64,000 nt of DNA, from NCBI GenBank assembly GCA_964036045.1, contig OZ038378.1, positions 175,832,001 to 175,896,000 on the forward strand. The letters are read 5' to 3'. This DNA comes from Eutreptiella sp. 'Long Island Sound 2002' (taxonomy: Eukaryota; Protista; Euglenida). Under the pieces are notes generated by a model. It ran no database searches, was not told the origin of the DNA, and saw only the letters and a program-made list of their open reading frames with translations. Both the position numbers and the translations under genes were made by a program. Positions 36,122 to 49,287 of this stretch are shown here, in pieces. Each line of letters begins with the position of its first letter. The stretch's first letter is position 1.

Positions 36122-36889
36122 CAGGTGAATATCTTCCTACCATCTAGCGCCTGGCGCTCCCAACCGGGAGTGGAGGTTTTTCTTTTCTTTGGCGCCATTT
36201 TCTGAGTTCTGCCACCCCCCTCCCCCCGAGTTTCCAGGGATGCATGGGGCTGGGATGTGGGGAGCGGTAGGGCACACGAGCATGCAACCCGTGTCTTGTT
36301 GTCGTGCGGATGGTTCTGAGGGCAGGAGCCATGATGTGTTGGCCGCATATGTACTTATGGTTCTTCATGCCCGCTGGGCAGCCCCGCCTGCAGGGCAAAA
36401 CAATCGAACTCATGGTTTGCAGCAGTGATAGGACCTTAGGATTGTTGAACCTCGCAGTTGGAGCAGATTCGAATGGATTCCTTGGCACACACACACACAC
36501 ACAGGGGAGTGTGCAATGGCTCAATCGCAGAAAGTGGGCAAGGTCCCTGGCAATCAAAGGCTGGCAGAGGGTTAGAGGCTGATCTTCCCCAAGTGCAGCG
36601 GAGACCCTGCGGGAGGGTTTGGGTAAGGTGCCTGATTTTTTCTGGAAAGTTGATGCCCCGCAGCTTGGACCCCCCCACCCCTTCTTCCAGGGTAGGTAAG
36701 CGCTGTAGGTAAGCGCTGCCTAGGTTGGAACTTGCCGGCACCAAAAGAAAAGTCTTCTTTCTATCCTTTGCGTTCGGTAGTCGGTGAGCGATTGCAGCAA
36801 CGCCATGCTGCCCACTCCGGATGCGCCTGCTTGGGACGCAGCCTCCTCCGGACACCCCCGAATGCTTCCCAGTTGTTGTTGTGCTACAG

Positions 36890-37612
36890 GTCAACAAGTG
36901 CAGGCCACAGGACAGCGCCAACGCGGCCACCCAGGTTCTCATGAAGCGCATGCACCCCGGCAACAGCACGTGGCCCCTGGATACCATCGTGGAGGTATGG
37001 CCGCGCCGGTACCGCCTGCAGCGGTGCGCGCTGGAGCTGATGTTCCGGGACGGCCACAGCGCCATGTTCAGCCTGATCTCGCGGGCGGTGTGCGACGAGG
37101 CCCTGAAGGTCCTCCAGAAGCACGCCCGGAACCTGCGGGCGAAGCACAGCCCCCACCCCGAAATGGATCTGAAGTCCAGTGGCCTGACGGAGAAGTGGCA
37201 ACGGCGCGAGATCAGCAACTTCGAGTACCTGATGCATCTGAACACGTACGCGGGCCGGACGTACAACGACCTGAGCCAGTACCCGGTGTTCCCCTGGGTG
37301 CTCCGGGACTACACAAGCGACACGCTGGACCTGGGCGATGAGCGGGTGTACCGGGATCTGCGGCAGCCCATCGGGGTGCTGGGGCCGGCGGAGCGGCAGA
37401 CGCACGTGGTGGACCGGTACGAGACGCTGCGGCAGGCCGACATGGAGCCGTTCCATTTCGGGTCGCACTACAGCAGCCTGGGCGTCGTGCTGTACTACCT
37501 CATCCGGCTGGAGCCCTTCACGAGCCTTGCCGTGCTGCTGCAGGGCGGCAAATTCGACCACGCCGACCGGCTGTTCGATGGCCTGGAGCACTGCTGGACC
37601 GGTTGTTTGGAG
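36890..37612 (+). CDS. BEACH gene exon 5 (PH_BEACH and BEACH N-half)
   Basis: Encodes RRYRLQRCALELMF and TEKWQRREISNFEYLMHLNTYAGRTYNDLSQYPVFPWVL...HFGSHYSS...GGKFDHADRLF, the BEACH hallmark motifs. Confidence 0.95.
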
Positions 37613-39547
37613 GTTGCTCACTGCTGCTCTCCCTCAGTGTTGCTCCCTGAGGCTTTTGGGAGGGAAGGGGTGGCCAGCGGGAATCCATGTCCCCGACCCC
37701 TCCCCGTTTCCCACAGGATGGCTTCGGAGGATCCCCTGGAAGCGAGGTTGTTAGCTCAGGCGCTGCGGGCGGCCCCTCTTTTTTGGGGTCATTCGCGTAG
37801 CATACCTCAAGGCATGATATCCGACCCCTTGTAAAATCATTATTTTGGGAGACAGAATTATCCCGCAACGAATTTTTCGATTTTGACCCCTCTATCCCCC
37901 CATACCTGGTTAGGGGTGGGGTTGGGGGTGGGGTGGGGGGCCAAAATTTGGTTGGCCTATAGCCGCCACTGTGGGTCGATTCGGACCCAGGTGCCATTCC
38001 AGTTTTTTCTTCTACATGGACCCCCTAACCGATGATGGGGGCCCCGGGGGCTATCTCCATCGTTCCAAGATCGGCCCCCATATGGGGCCCCACCGGCGAG
38101 TGCTTGGCGTTTTCAGGCCGGCCGTGTTCGCACTGCAATGGGCGGAACTTCGTCGGCCTTTCGTTTACCACTTCCCCCACAACGTCGCTCGTCTCTCTTC
38201 AAGGTGCCGTGCCGAAGGCAATAGAATGTACTGCAGCAGTGGGATCCCGCGCCTCTTTCCTCCCATTGAATGATGGCTGATGATACCCATGTTTGGGCGA
38301 CTGGAAATCATCTCCCCAAAGGGGGCCAGGAACGGAGGCCCCGAAGAGGCGGGGGCGGTTGGCGAACTGCGCCTCCGCGTCGGACTTTCTTGGGAACCAG
38401 CGATGGCTTGACAGCGCGGGGCAGATGGAAAATCTTGGAACGAGCCCCCCCCCCACCCTCCCCCCGTGATACATACCTCAAAATGATTAGTGCGTCGCGG
38501 GTATCATGTCGGGTAACCCCTGACCCCCTGCCGGTCCCTGTTGGTGGCTGGGCAGGTTCCGGCAGGGCCGCCAAGGGGGGGGCGTATTCAGGAAATGGCC
38601 ATGGGCACCCTGGACCTTGTGTTAGACCCCAACAAAACGATGTGCCACCCTCATGTGCCTTCAAGCGAACCGTTTCCTGAAGCATTTGGTGGACGGTTTT
38701 GTTGAACAACGTCGGAGGTTGCACGGCGGACAGCTGTTTGTCTCGCAGCCGGACACGTCTCACCCGACTTGAAAACGTGCTGGTGTGTCAGGGACACGGG
38801 GTTTCCCGAAGAGGGCCGGGAAGTATGAGGTCGAATATGGGGTCAGGCTTTCCTCGTCGGCAATCCATTTACCCACCACCATTAGGGAGTGGGAGGGGGG
38901 CGCAGGGGCTCCACAATGGCGTAAGGAGTGGCGGGTGTCCACCGACGAGGCACCCGTGGCACACCCGAATGCCGGCCCACAAGACCCTGTCAGAACAAGA
39001 TCCAAGGAAAATCAACGCAGCTTACAGCGCATGCACAGCGATCAGCCCGCACTGGATCCAACGAGACCTGCCCAACAAATGCCTGACCAAATGCTGGGGG
39101 GGCTCTCAATCATCCACAGCCCGACTGGTGCCCTTTCCCGATCAGTTGTCACACCGCTTCATTGCCTGCTGGACCGCTCTCGATTGCCCCCAAGGCTCGT
39201 GGATTTGCTCATGCATCACCTTCCCAGAGTCCACATAGCCTCGGGAAGCCACATCCCACAGAGAGGCCAAACGAGGCAAGGGGGGGCAACACGAGAGGAC
39301 TAGAACCAAAACCGAGGGGAGGCAACACGAGGCAAGGGGGGTCGGGTGCGCTGGGGTGCCAACACAAGAGCCTGTTAGAAAAGCAAAGGCAAAGTGAAGC
39401 AACGGATGGCGACATGAGAGGACATGGGTAATGCTACGGCGCGCGCGCTCCACAAGAAGAACGACTCCACAATGTGGACATCGACAGGGGAGTATCGCGC
39501 TCCCCGGCTCCTATTTCCTGCTCTTTGACGATTTCTTGCTGCCACAG

Positions 39548-41008
39548 GGCACGTGCAACGTGAAGGAGCTCATCCCGGAATTCTACTACCTGCCCGAGGT
39601 CTTCCTCAACAACAACCGGGTGCGGTTCGGTGAGCGGCAGGACGGCCGGCGGCTGGACGACGTCGTGCTGCCGCCCTGGGCCCGCGGGGACCCCGTCGAG
39701 TTCGTGCGTCGCATGCGCGAGGCCCTCGAGAGCGAGTACGTCTCGCAGCATTTGAACGAGTGGGTGGATCTGATCTTTGGTTACAAGCAGCAGGGCCCTG
39801 CCGCGGAGGCCGCGGTGAATGTGTTCCACCCGCTCACGTACGAGGGGAATGTGGATTTCGATGAACTGCAGGACGAAGTGGAGCGCGAGTCGGTGATCTC
39901 GCAGATCGACAACTTCGGGCAGACCCCAATCCAGTTGTTCAGTAGGAAACACCCCCCGCGGGACAAGGGAGGTGACAAGCTGCGGTTCAACCCCTTCCTG
40001 CACCAGCCGACTCTGCTTCGGCCGTGCATGCCTTGCACCATGGTCGCCAGGGGCACCGCGATCGTCACCCTGCAGGTTGTGGCGGGATGTGACAGGCTGG
40101 TCACTGTGACGGCCACAGGCATGGTGCTGATGCACAAGCTGTCCATGTCACCTGCCTGCACGATTGCGTCGGTCAGGGCTGCGGGCAAGCTCCAAGCACC
40201 GCTGCCGGACCACCCACCTCCCCAATCAACGCTGCTCCCAGAACAGGACAAGCCGCAACGGCCGCAACAGCAGCCGCTTCCGTACCTCCCCACGCAGCCA
40301 CCGACCTTGTTGCCGCGGTCAGAGAGGGATTCGTACCACTCAGAGGCCCTGTCAAAGTGTTCTCTCTCGTTCTCGTTCACGGACGACACCCTCCCCTCCG
40401 AAAGATGTGTCTCCCCCAGCACCGCCTCCCGCATGTCGAGCGCTTGGCTGAGCACCGATGGCTCTCTACCCCCGAGCCGCGGGCCGTCCTCCTTCCCGTC
40501 GAGTGCCCGGCCCAGCACCGACTCTGCCCTGCCCCTGAGCCGGGGGGCGTCCTCCGCCCTGCCGCCCGCGGGCCCAGACCAACCCCTGCCCTGGAGCAGA
40601 GGGGCGAGCCGCATGGACTCGCTGTCCCTCGGCACCGACGGGACCCGCCTCTGCACTGACTGGTCGTCCCCGCCCAGCGGGAGCTCTGAGTTCCGGTTCC
40701 CCACACTGTCGGAGAGATACCTCCTGGAGTCGGAGGCCCTCACATCCCCCGTCGGCAGCGATGACGGCTCGGCGTTCGAGGCGACCCCCTCAACCCTCGA
40801 CAACCCCCGCACCCCCGCGTCCCCGCCCCTGGTCGGGGCCGCGAACTCTGCGAGGCACCTCAAGACGTCCCCGGCGCACCCCTGGCCCTTCGTGTTCGCG
40901 GCGGCCGACATCGAGGACAGCGCCGGGGGCGCAATGCCCATCCGGGCGACCCCGTACACGTTTGCCACCGCCTTTATCGAGAAGGAGCTGTACGTGTTTG
41001 TCGCCGGG
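39548..41008 (+). CDS. BEACH gene exon 6 (BEACH C-half, start of WD40, Ser/Pro-rich insert)
   Basis: Encodes [14 protein letters not shown]...[25 protein letters not shown]...[10 protein letters not shown]...FGQTPIQLF. Donor GGG|GTTCTT. Confidence 0.92.
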
Positions 41009-41910
41009 GTTCTTTGCTTCCCTTCTTCACTGCCACTTTCGCTGGCCTACCCTGTCATCCTCTCCTTCTGTCCTTGCCTGCTACTTCGCCATGCCTTCTT
41101 CCCCCGTGCAATTCTCATGGGCCTTATGGGCCCCATTGAGCTCAGTGTGCTGAATGTGTGTCCAGGAACCACGGGTTCAATTCCTGGGGAAGGACAGATT
41201 GTACCACGGCGGGTTCGTGATAAAACGCGTCGAAGTGCCGAGATCGAGCCCCGGCATAGGGAACAGGGAGCAAACAAGTTACTCTTTGCTATGTGCAGCC
41301 TGTCACCGCCCACCACCACCACCACCACCACCACCCTCAACTCTCCTCCCCATCCATTATTCTGTCCCTGCCATATGCTTCACCTCCCCTTCTTCCTCAT
41401 TCCGTTCCCCCCCGAGCTTGCTGCCCGTCTCAGGCGCGTGTCTGGTGCCTGTCGGGCGCGGGTGCCTGTCGGGTGTCCAGTTTGCAAGTGCAGTTCTGGT
41501 CGGAGACGACGCCGTGTCGTCACGTCGCACAACACCTCACTTCGCTCAATGTCTATCTCTCCCACTACCTCAACCCCTTCAGCACCGTTTCCTGCCCATT
41601 TTCAGCTCTGCAGCCCTTAATGGGTTCATCTGATCCCTCCGATTGTGCGAATCGTGTCACTCTGTGTCTTGCCATTCGTGTTGCTTGTCATGCGGCAAAC
41701 GTCTCCACGTTTAGGCTGGATGAAAAATGTGTATATTTGCTGTGGTTTGCTGCAAATTTTGGTGCCTTTGCGGATGTTTGCACAGGGGGGCGTAAGGGTA
41801 TCCTTGCCTTCCTGTCTACTTGCCCCTCTCCAGCCCTACTCAGTCCCCTCCGTTTTCCTTGTCCGTAACCCCTCCGTAACCTTAATTCCGCTCCCGGTGC
41901 ACTATCACAG

Positions 41911-42323
41911 GTGTGGGATGACAGCTGCCAGATCCGGCATGTGACAGGCAGCCAGGTCACGGTGATCCAGTCCCTCCGGGAGCACAAGGAGCTTGTCTCG
42001 TGCGTGGCCGTCAGCGCAGATGGTTCGGTGCTTGTGACCGGTAGTTGCGACACGACGAGCATTATCTGGGCGCTGCGGGGCTCGCGAACTGGCCTTGTCG
42101 CCCACTATTGCCACACTCTCTATGGCCACGACGCAGCAGTGACGTGCCTTGCCGTGTGTCCGGGGTTGGACCTGGTCGCTAGTGGCTCAAAGGATGGCAG
42201 TGTTCTCCTCCACTCCATCTCCAATGGGGCGTACGAGCGCTGCCTATGGCACCCGGACCGCCACCCTGTGGACCTCGTGGCGGTTGCGGCGGCGTCAGGA
42301 ACGCTGGTCTTCTGCTCCAACAG
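41911..42323 (+). CDS. BEACH gene exon 7 (WD40 repeats)
   Basis: VWDDSCQI...HKELVSCVAVSADGSVLVTGSCDTTSIIW...GHDAAVTCLAV...SGSKDGSVLLH; phase-2 donor AG|GTGATG. Confidence 0.9.
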
Positions 42324-43274
42324 GTGATGCCTCCCTTCCGAACTCCGGACTACGGCACTGACCGGATTTCAGACCCTCCCGGACGGTGCACCATCGATGG
42401 TGGGCGCGCGTGCTTGCGGACCCTGCGGGACCTCTCGCCCCGCGTCCTCCCTCGTTCCCCCCCCTGCCCTGCACGACGAAGCGTCTGACAGCCAATTCGT
42501 TGCAGGGCCACAGCTGTCAGGCGCTTTCATTGGAAAGTTCCTCCAGCTGTTGTTTTGGCCCTGCCATTTGTGCTTCCCCATGGCGTGGGCTGTGTTGAGT
42601 CTTACAACCGTCATTGACATGGCTGACCTGAACATCCTCCCTGGACGTCGCCGTTTGTTGTGGACGCTTTGAAGGAACTATAATTAATGGTGCTTGGCCT
42701 AGTGTAGCGCAAGCGTGCGTAACCGTGCGGCCATCACATGCGCAAGCGTCTGTTTGGCACCCAACTCAAGATTATGAGGCTTTCAGTTTCATGCGCATCC
42801 TCCAATTTTTTTGTTTTGTAACTCCTCTGCATCCCAGAGGACAACATGTAACCAAATGACTGATGCAAACGCCTGTGATGATGCCTGTGCAACGACGCCA
42901 CCCTGGGAATCTGGGACCATTAAGACGTGCAAACAGTGCCGAGATGCTGACGCTACTTTGGAACCCGCGGCTGGAGGCACAGACAGTGCCAAATAGACGA
43001 CCTGCAGCCCCGAACCGACCGCTTTCCAGGGTGCAGGCGTGTGTCTCTGTGGTGGTATGGGCGCTTGTGATTGTTTGTGGTCTAAAAAGGGTTCCCGCAA
43101 CTGCCTCCATCCCCTGTACGCCTGTGTGCGCATGCCGCTCTTTGAGGTTGTGTGTGACTGCATGTGTGAAATCTTCGACTCCATGTGACCGCAACACAAA
43201 ATGCAGACCCAAGCGCGCACAGACCCGCATTGACCGGAAACGAATGCTGCATCGCATCACGTCATCTGTGTCAG

Positions 43275-43575
43275 GGACCAGCGCATCTACTCCTGCAGCG
43301 TCAATGGCCTGCCGCTCGCGGTGGTGAGCGCCGGCAGTCGGCTCAGCACCATCCTCGTGTCCCCTGACTCCCAGTTCCTGGTGACGGGCGGGGCGCCAGG
43401 GGCGGCCGACGACCACCCGCTTGTGGTGCGGCGGATGGCGGACCTGGAGGTGGTCACGCGGTACGCCGGGCCGCACTGCGGCGTGTGCAGCCTGGCGATG
43501 CATCCGGACGGGCAGCTCCTGATCTTGGGGCTGGAGGATGGCTCCGTGATGTTTTTCAGCGTCTTACTGTCCTGA
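43275..43575 (+). CDS. BEACH gene exon 8 (last WD40 repeats and stop)
   Basis: GTCAG|G GAC CAG CGC ATC TAC completes the phase-2 Arg codon. Encodes IYSCSVNG...QLLILGLEDGSVMFF, with TGA ending at 43575. Confidence 0.88.
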
Positions 43576-45302
43576 GCCGTGTGTTGATGCCCATTTGTCC
43601 GCGTTGCAGGCCTGCCGTTCTTTCTGAGATCTGGTTTCAGTGAGGGCCGCGGTCGACCGATGGTGAAGGGACGACGGGCAAGGGATGGGGATTGGTGGGT
43701 CGCCAACGGCGGTTGGGGGCCAACCGGCAGCAGATGATGGTCGACGGAGGGTTGCTGGCGGTCATCGGACCGCGCTTCATGTTCAGGGGAGGTCCCGAGG
43801 GTCCTTTGTTTCTGTTTTTCGGTTTGTTGCCGATCGTCCGGTGAGTACTGATTCGACGGCCGCCGGCGGTCCAGTGACGGCGCTTGGCAGCGGATCCGCG
43901 GTGGTGGGCGGTTGCATTGTGGGCCACCAGTGCAACAGGTGCTGGTCACTGCACGCCTGGCGTGACGGAGCGTGGCTGCTGCTGTTTTTTCCTTCTGTCA
44001 TTCATCCTTCCCGGATGGCCCAGGGCCGAGGGTCCCCAGCATCGCAGTCCGGTGTGGCAGCAAACGGGGAGCACAGCCCGGCCCGACCCTTGCGGGGGCG
44101 CTGGACTCGGGGACGCGCTGAACCTTGAGAAGGTGTCGGTCGACCACAACTCGACGCAGTAGAGGACCGACGTGGAAGAAGGGAGTGCAGAGGTCGGGTA
44201 GTGATAATGATCGGAGAGTGTGGCGCATCGGGAGGGCAGAGGGGAGACGGAGGTGAGGGGCATGGGGTTTGGCAGGGATGGGGGGCACCTGCCGCCCGTC
44301 TCTTGTCTTTCGGCATCAGCGCCATCGGCAGCATGCCGCCGTGCGGAGACACGTTGGCCAGGCTGCCGGTACTGCCCAGGCCTACCCCAGGCAATCCACG
44401 GTAGCTGCCCGTCGGTCGCTGGGGCATTCCTGCAGGAGGAGCCTTGTGCTTCTGCCTGCGTGTGGTGGGCTTCCGCCGGCCCTGCCGCAAGGGCATGTAA
44501 GAGAGCAGCCTCATGCAACAGATGTGGTCTGACACGGTCAGTGCTTGGCCATCCCGTCCCAATGCGCTCGATAAGGACCACAACTGCCACTGACGAAACC
44601 TTGTCCCCTTCACGTGAACCTCTTTGACCTTGATGTTTGCAGCCCAGCCCACTGCCAGGCTTGCACACAAGCTCAGTGTTGGGCCACTGGACGCCTGGTG
44701 CGTGGTGCCCGGCGCATCACCAGACCGATGGCACAGCGTCCTAGGACTCCCAACAACCCTCCGTTGCTTCAGCACCTCAATGGTCAGAAGCTTGATGCGG
44801 GGTTTCGACCTTCTACACAACACACCGCACCAAATCACCCTGTGGCCAGCACGTACCATTGGCGGCGGTACTGCTCTATCACCAGCTGATCAACTGTCAC
44901 CCCTCAACAGTCCTCAACAACCCTCTCCACCCTCAACAATCTTCGGAATGCCTCAACCACCCTCGAAGCCCGTCAGCAACCCTTTAAATCCATCAGCAAC
45001 CTCCCACATCTTTTACCAACCCTCAACTGCCGAAGGCAATTTGTTGCTGAGAGGACAGGGAGGTCACTCAGTGGCATATGCAAAGGGGACTTGCTCCTGT
45101 GCACGGGAGCCCAGATTCTGCCAAAAAAAAGATGGAAAGTTTTGTAAAGAAAACGTCCGTTGCGCCCCCCTCCTGCCAAAAACCGTCCCGATGCCACCTC
45201 AATTTTCCTGCAAAGAATGTATTTGATGGCCATCCCTCCCTCCCTCACTCTTGGACCCCTGGGGGCTTACATGTCGCCCCCCCCCCCCCCCCTCCATCCC
45301 CT

Positions 45303-46462
45303 AGGTAATACAGTATAGGTAGCTGTACTACACGTAACTGTATTTTGCCTGCTAGTATTACCTACCTGCCTACCAGTGCAATAGTGTATATTGTATTGCC
45401 AGTACTGTATCTCCGTGACCCCTCCCCTCCTACCCCCGCTGCACATCTGCAGGTACTTCCACTCACAGAACCAGGGGAGCGGGAGCCCCGACGGTGCCCC
45501 GCACAGGTGGACCTCCCTCCCCCCTGCCCCTGCCCCTGCCCCTACCCCCAGGCTCGACAGCTAGCAGTCTGGCGGAGCCCTCACTCACCCCGGGCTAGGC
45601 AGCCAGCGATCTGGCGGGGCCCTCACTCACCCCCCTGAACCAAGGGACTACTGACTTTTTATTATTTGCCTGCTAGTATTACCTACCTGTCTACCTGCAC
45701 AATGGTGTGTATTGCATAGCCAGTACTGTATCCCCGTGTCCCCTCCCCTCCCACCGTCTGCTGCACGTCTGCAGGTGCGTCACCTCACGTAACAAGAGGA
45801 GCGGGAACCCTAAAGGTGCCCCGCACAGGTGGTCCTCCCCCCTGCCCCCTGCCCCCCTGCCCCTGCCCCTCACACACCTCCCTTCCTTGGCAGCGCCAGT
45901 GGGCCGTCCCACGGCTGCCCTCCTACCCTCCACCCTCCCCCGGGAGCGCCAGTGGGCGATCCCACGGCTGCGCTCCACCTTCCCCCCTCACCTGTGCGGG
46001 GCACCGTCGGGGCTCCCGCTCCCCTGGTTCTGTGAGTTGAAGCACCTGCAGATGTGCTGCGGGGGGCAGGAGGGGAGGGGTCACGAAGATACAGTACTGG
46101 CCATACAGTATACATTATTGCACTGGTAGGTAGGTAGGTAGGCAACACTAGCAGGCAAATACAGTTACGTGTAGTACGGCTACCTATACTGTATTTCCTG
46201 TGTGTGGCTGTGCCTGGGGGTAGGGGCAGGGGCAGGGGCAGGGGCAAGGGAGGTCCACCTGTGCGGGGCACCGTCGGGGCTCCCGCTCCCCTGGTTCTGT
46301 GAGTGGAAGTACCTGCAGATGTGCAGCGGGGGTAGGAGGGGAGGGGTCACGGTGATACAGTACTGGCAATACAATATACACTTTTGCACTGGTTGGTAGG
46401 TAGGTAATACTAGCAGGCAAAATACAGTTGCGTGTAGTACAGCTACCTATACTGTATTACCT
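45303..46462. repeat. Nested palindrome built from four copies of a ~250-bp unit (two forward, two inverted)
   Basis: AGGTAATACAGTATAGGTAGCTGTACTACACG...GCACAGGTGGACCTCCC...GCCCCTACCCCCAGGC at 45303-45552, a degenerate direct copy near 45660-45870, and inverted copies near 45985-46200 and 46200-46462. Confidence 0.85.
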
Positions 46463-46480
46463 GTGTTGGGGGCACGAGGG

Positions 46481-46557
46481 AAAGGAAGGGATTTGAACCC
46501 GCGACTGCCACTCAGCAGCTCATGGGGTTGACCGCTCGACCACTCGGCCAGCGGTGT
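46481..46557 (-). pseudogene. tRNA-derived sequence (SINE head or tRNA pseudogene)
   Basis: The minus strand has A-box TGGCCGAGTGGTC, a CAT-centred loop, a long variable-arm hairpin CTGC-TGAGTG-GCAG and B-box GGGTTCAAATCCC. The acceptor and anticodon stems do not pair. Confidence 0.65.
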
Positions 46558-47773
46558 AATGGGGCGGGTTGGGGGGGGAACGGGGGGATTGCAGCCGTGG
46601 GATCGCCCACCGGCGCTGCAGGGGAAGAGAGGGGGAAGGAGTGCAGCCGTGGGATCGCCCACAGGCGCCGCAGGAGGACCTCCCTCCCCCCTACCCCTGC
46701 CCCAGTACAGATCCCTCCCGAGCCCCCTGAACGTTCTAACCTCCACCCCCAGCGTGCTCGCCGTGCTCCAGCTGGTGGCGAGGGACATGGCTACACTAGC
46801 CGTGCGAGACCAAGTACTGCTGTGGGACGCTGCGGTCGTCCACACACTACCACGACAGGACCGCTTTACATGACAACTTCCTACAGCCGTGCAGTGCGCG
46901 TTGCCTGTGTTCTCTTCGGTTCCTGTCACCACAACAGCACAACGCGAACACGCCAGGGATACGATATGCACGTGCAACAATACTAGAGGAGGAGGCGTGT
47001 GCCCCGCCCGCTGGCTGCATGGCCAAAGGGTGAGTGTGGTGCGCCGGAGCCGAGCTTCCCCAATGCGGCACTCCGTGGGCCCCTAAGGCCCTCTTCGGAT
47101 TCGGGAAGGTAAGCCCAAAGCCCAAAGCCCCCCTCCATCCCCAGGACCCCCAACTCACGCCAACAGTGGACAATGGGGAACAACCACCTGGAGCACCAAT
47201 GGTGCCCGGAAATTTTTTGAGCCTTTGGGGACAGGGGCAGAATTTTTTTCACACAATGTACTTATACCCAAAATGCTCAGATTCGAATGGTGAATTCAAA
47301 TGTGGCTAATGGTGATTCCTCTCCACTTTGGGGACCCCGAGAAGGTTACCCAGCCATTACACTTCTCTCCATGTTGGAGTTCCCTGCGACAGTAGGGTGT
47401 GCAAACAGGAGAAGGTCCTATTCAATTGACAAGTGCTCGCTGGAATGCCGTAATATTTTCCTTTTGTGGTGAATGTTACAAGAAGCCTTTACCCCACATG
47501 TGTAAATTCAAAATGCTCAGAATGAAACAGGGCATTCAAAAATGCCCCCAAAATCGAGGAAGACTTTTGACAGCCCCCTCTGGACCCGCTTGCCCACTCC
47601 ACGGGGTAGGGGCTCAGAACTGAATTGACCCCCACCCCCTCACCACCTGCTTCACGCACTCACTCCCCGACCCTCATCCTTACCCATCCCCACCCCCAAA
47701 CCCCCTTCCTCCCACACTCCTTCCATCCCAGACTCCCGCCCTTGCTCGCTCTCCCTTGCTCGCTCTCAAGTAC

Positions 47774-47863
47774 CTCAGATGGCTGTTGAATAGTGGTTGT
47801 TTCTTGTTCTTGTAGGTTTTGGTGTTTTTGGGTGGTAAGAGCATTATTCTCGGCCTGTAGCAC
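47774..47863 (-). CDS. Candidate 90-nt exon of an unresolved minus-strand gene
   Basis: CTGCAG|GTG CTA CAG ... TCT GAG|GTACTT; encodes VLQAENNALTTQKHQNLQEQETTTIQQPSE. Splice signals only, no homology. Confidence 0.35.
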
Positions 47864-49287
47864 CTGCAGCGCGTCCGCAGCCACACATTTATATATGGCG
47901 CTTACTGTCCGCTGTACGCCCATGGGGGAAGCGTTGTTGTGCCCGTGGTGTCGGTCTCTGACAATTCAGCAACAGCATGGTTGATTCCAACATGTGTTTC
48001 ATCGTAGATGTACTTTGTGCATGATATATCATGCGTGAAGGCAACGTTGCATGATTGACTCCAACGTGCGTGTCATCGTGAATATATTTTGTGTATGGTG
48101 CACCATGCTGACGCTCAGAATTTGTACCGAGTTCCCCCCCGCCACCCACCTTGGACATCGGAAGTATCAACCCTTTATGCCCCTCTTTGGCGAAAGGAGT
48201 TGCAGCGCTCGCACAGCGTAGCATGAATGCTCCCTCCTTCATGAACCCCAGACACACAATGCAAATGCGCAAAAGACTGGTCAGAACAAGTCTCCGAAAC
48301 ACCTGCAAGTCCACCGGTGTAAAGTAGAGTCGGAATCTGAATGCTGCATGGGGATATGCTCAAAAACTCCGAGGACAGCAACGTGGCACCCTGCTTCAGC
48401 CCCCCCTTCCCCCCTTTCCAGTATTGATATCCTCCCGCGAGTTATGCCCCACCACAGCCCCACTGAGCACTTCGACAGATGTCTACTCCCGGGAAGGGCT
48501 TCAGGGACCGAGGATTCTGGCATTCTTTTTCTGGGTGCACTCCCTTGGTGATATCTGTGTCCCTCGACACTGTTCACGGCCGCATCACAGTCCTTGCTCC
48601 ATGTGACTTCAACTGCATAAGCGGTCATGGCCGTTTTCTCTCACATCCGCTACTCGCTGCACGACCGCTGCAACGTGCCATTGCATGCATACTTCGGGAG
48701 AATACGGAGAAGGCATTGCCTTCCCGCAGCCGCCTGCCCCACCACTATCACTTTCGCACGTGGTGAGCACATTATATTGCACGACCAACCCCATCCCCGA
48801 AGGCGCCTCAAGTGATTGGGAGTGTCTTCGGTGTTACAGGGATCACAACAGAACACAAAGAGGGCTCTTTCAGCGCGCTGGATACACATCTCTGCCCCTA
48901 CCCCTTGTGCAACGACCATGCCGTGTGAGGGGGGCCGGACGCAAAATGTATCAAAGCGCCGCCCGATCACTTGGTGGAAAAGCAGACAACTCCGCGTCTG
49001 ATTGAAATTGCGCAGACGCGACACCGAGCGACGGGGAGTCGCCACAGGGAAACGGGCTCAGGAGGGCTTTGTCGGGGTAGACGAACTACTTAGAAAGGCG
49101 GTTACTGTTATGTGTTGAAACAATAAACCGGCAGCAGACGGTTCTGGCGGTCAGGCGATTATAAACGCGGTTCTGCTAAGGTAATTTGTCCTGCTTGTCG
49201 CTTTCATGTCGCAACCCTCGGCTCGATTTTGTTGATGTTAATCATCTCAAGGGACAAGATGCAATCAGCCGAATGCAATTAGCCTTC

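Noticed and set aside
38690-39240. Possible RT remnant in BEACH intron 5 (LDRSRLPPRLVDLL...)
   Set aside because: A single weak motif with no other RT motifs in frame.
23487-41000. Many long antisense or alternate-frame ORFs overlapping BEACH exons (for example 26371-27453, 30496-31887, 39781-40968)
   Set aside because: Shadow ORFs of GC3-rich coding sequence, with no recognisable motifs.
46481-46557. Functional tRNA-Met gene
   Set aside because: The acceptor and anticodon stems do not pair and the long variable arm is incompatible, so it is kept only as a tRNA-derived sequence.
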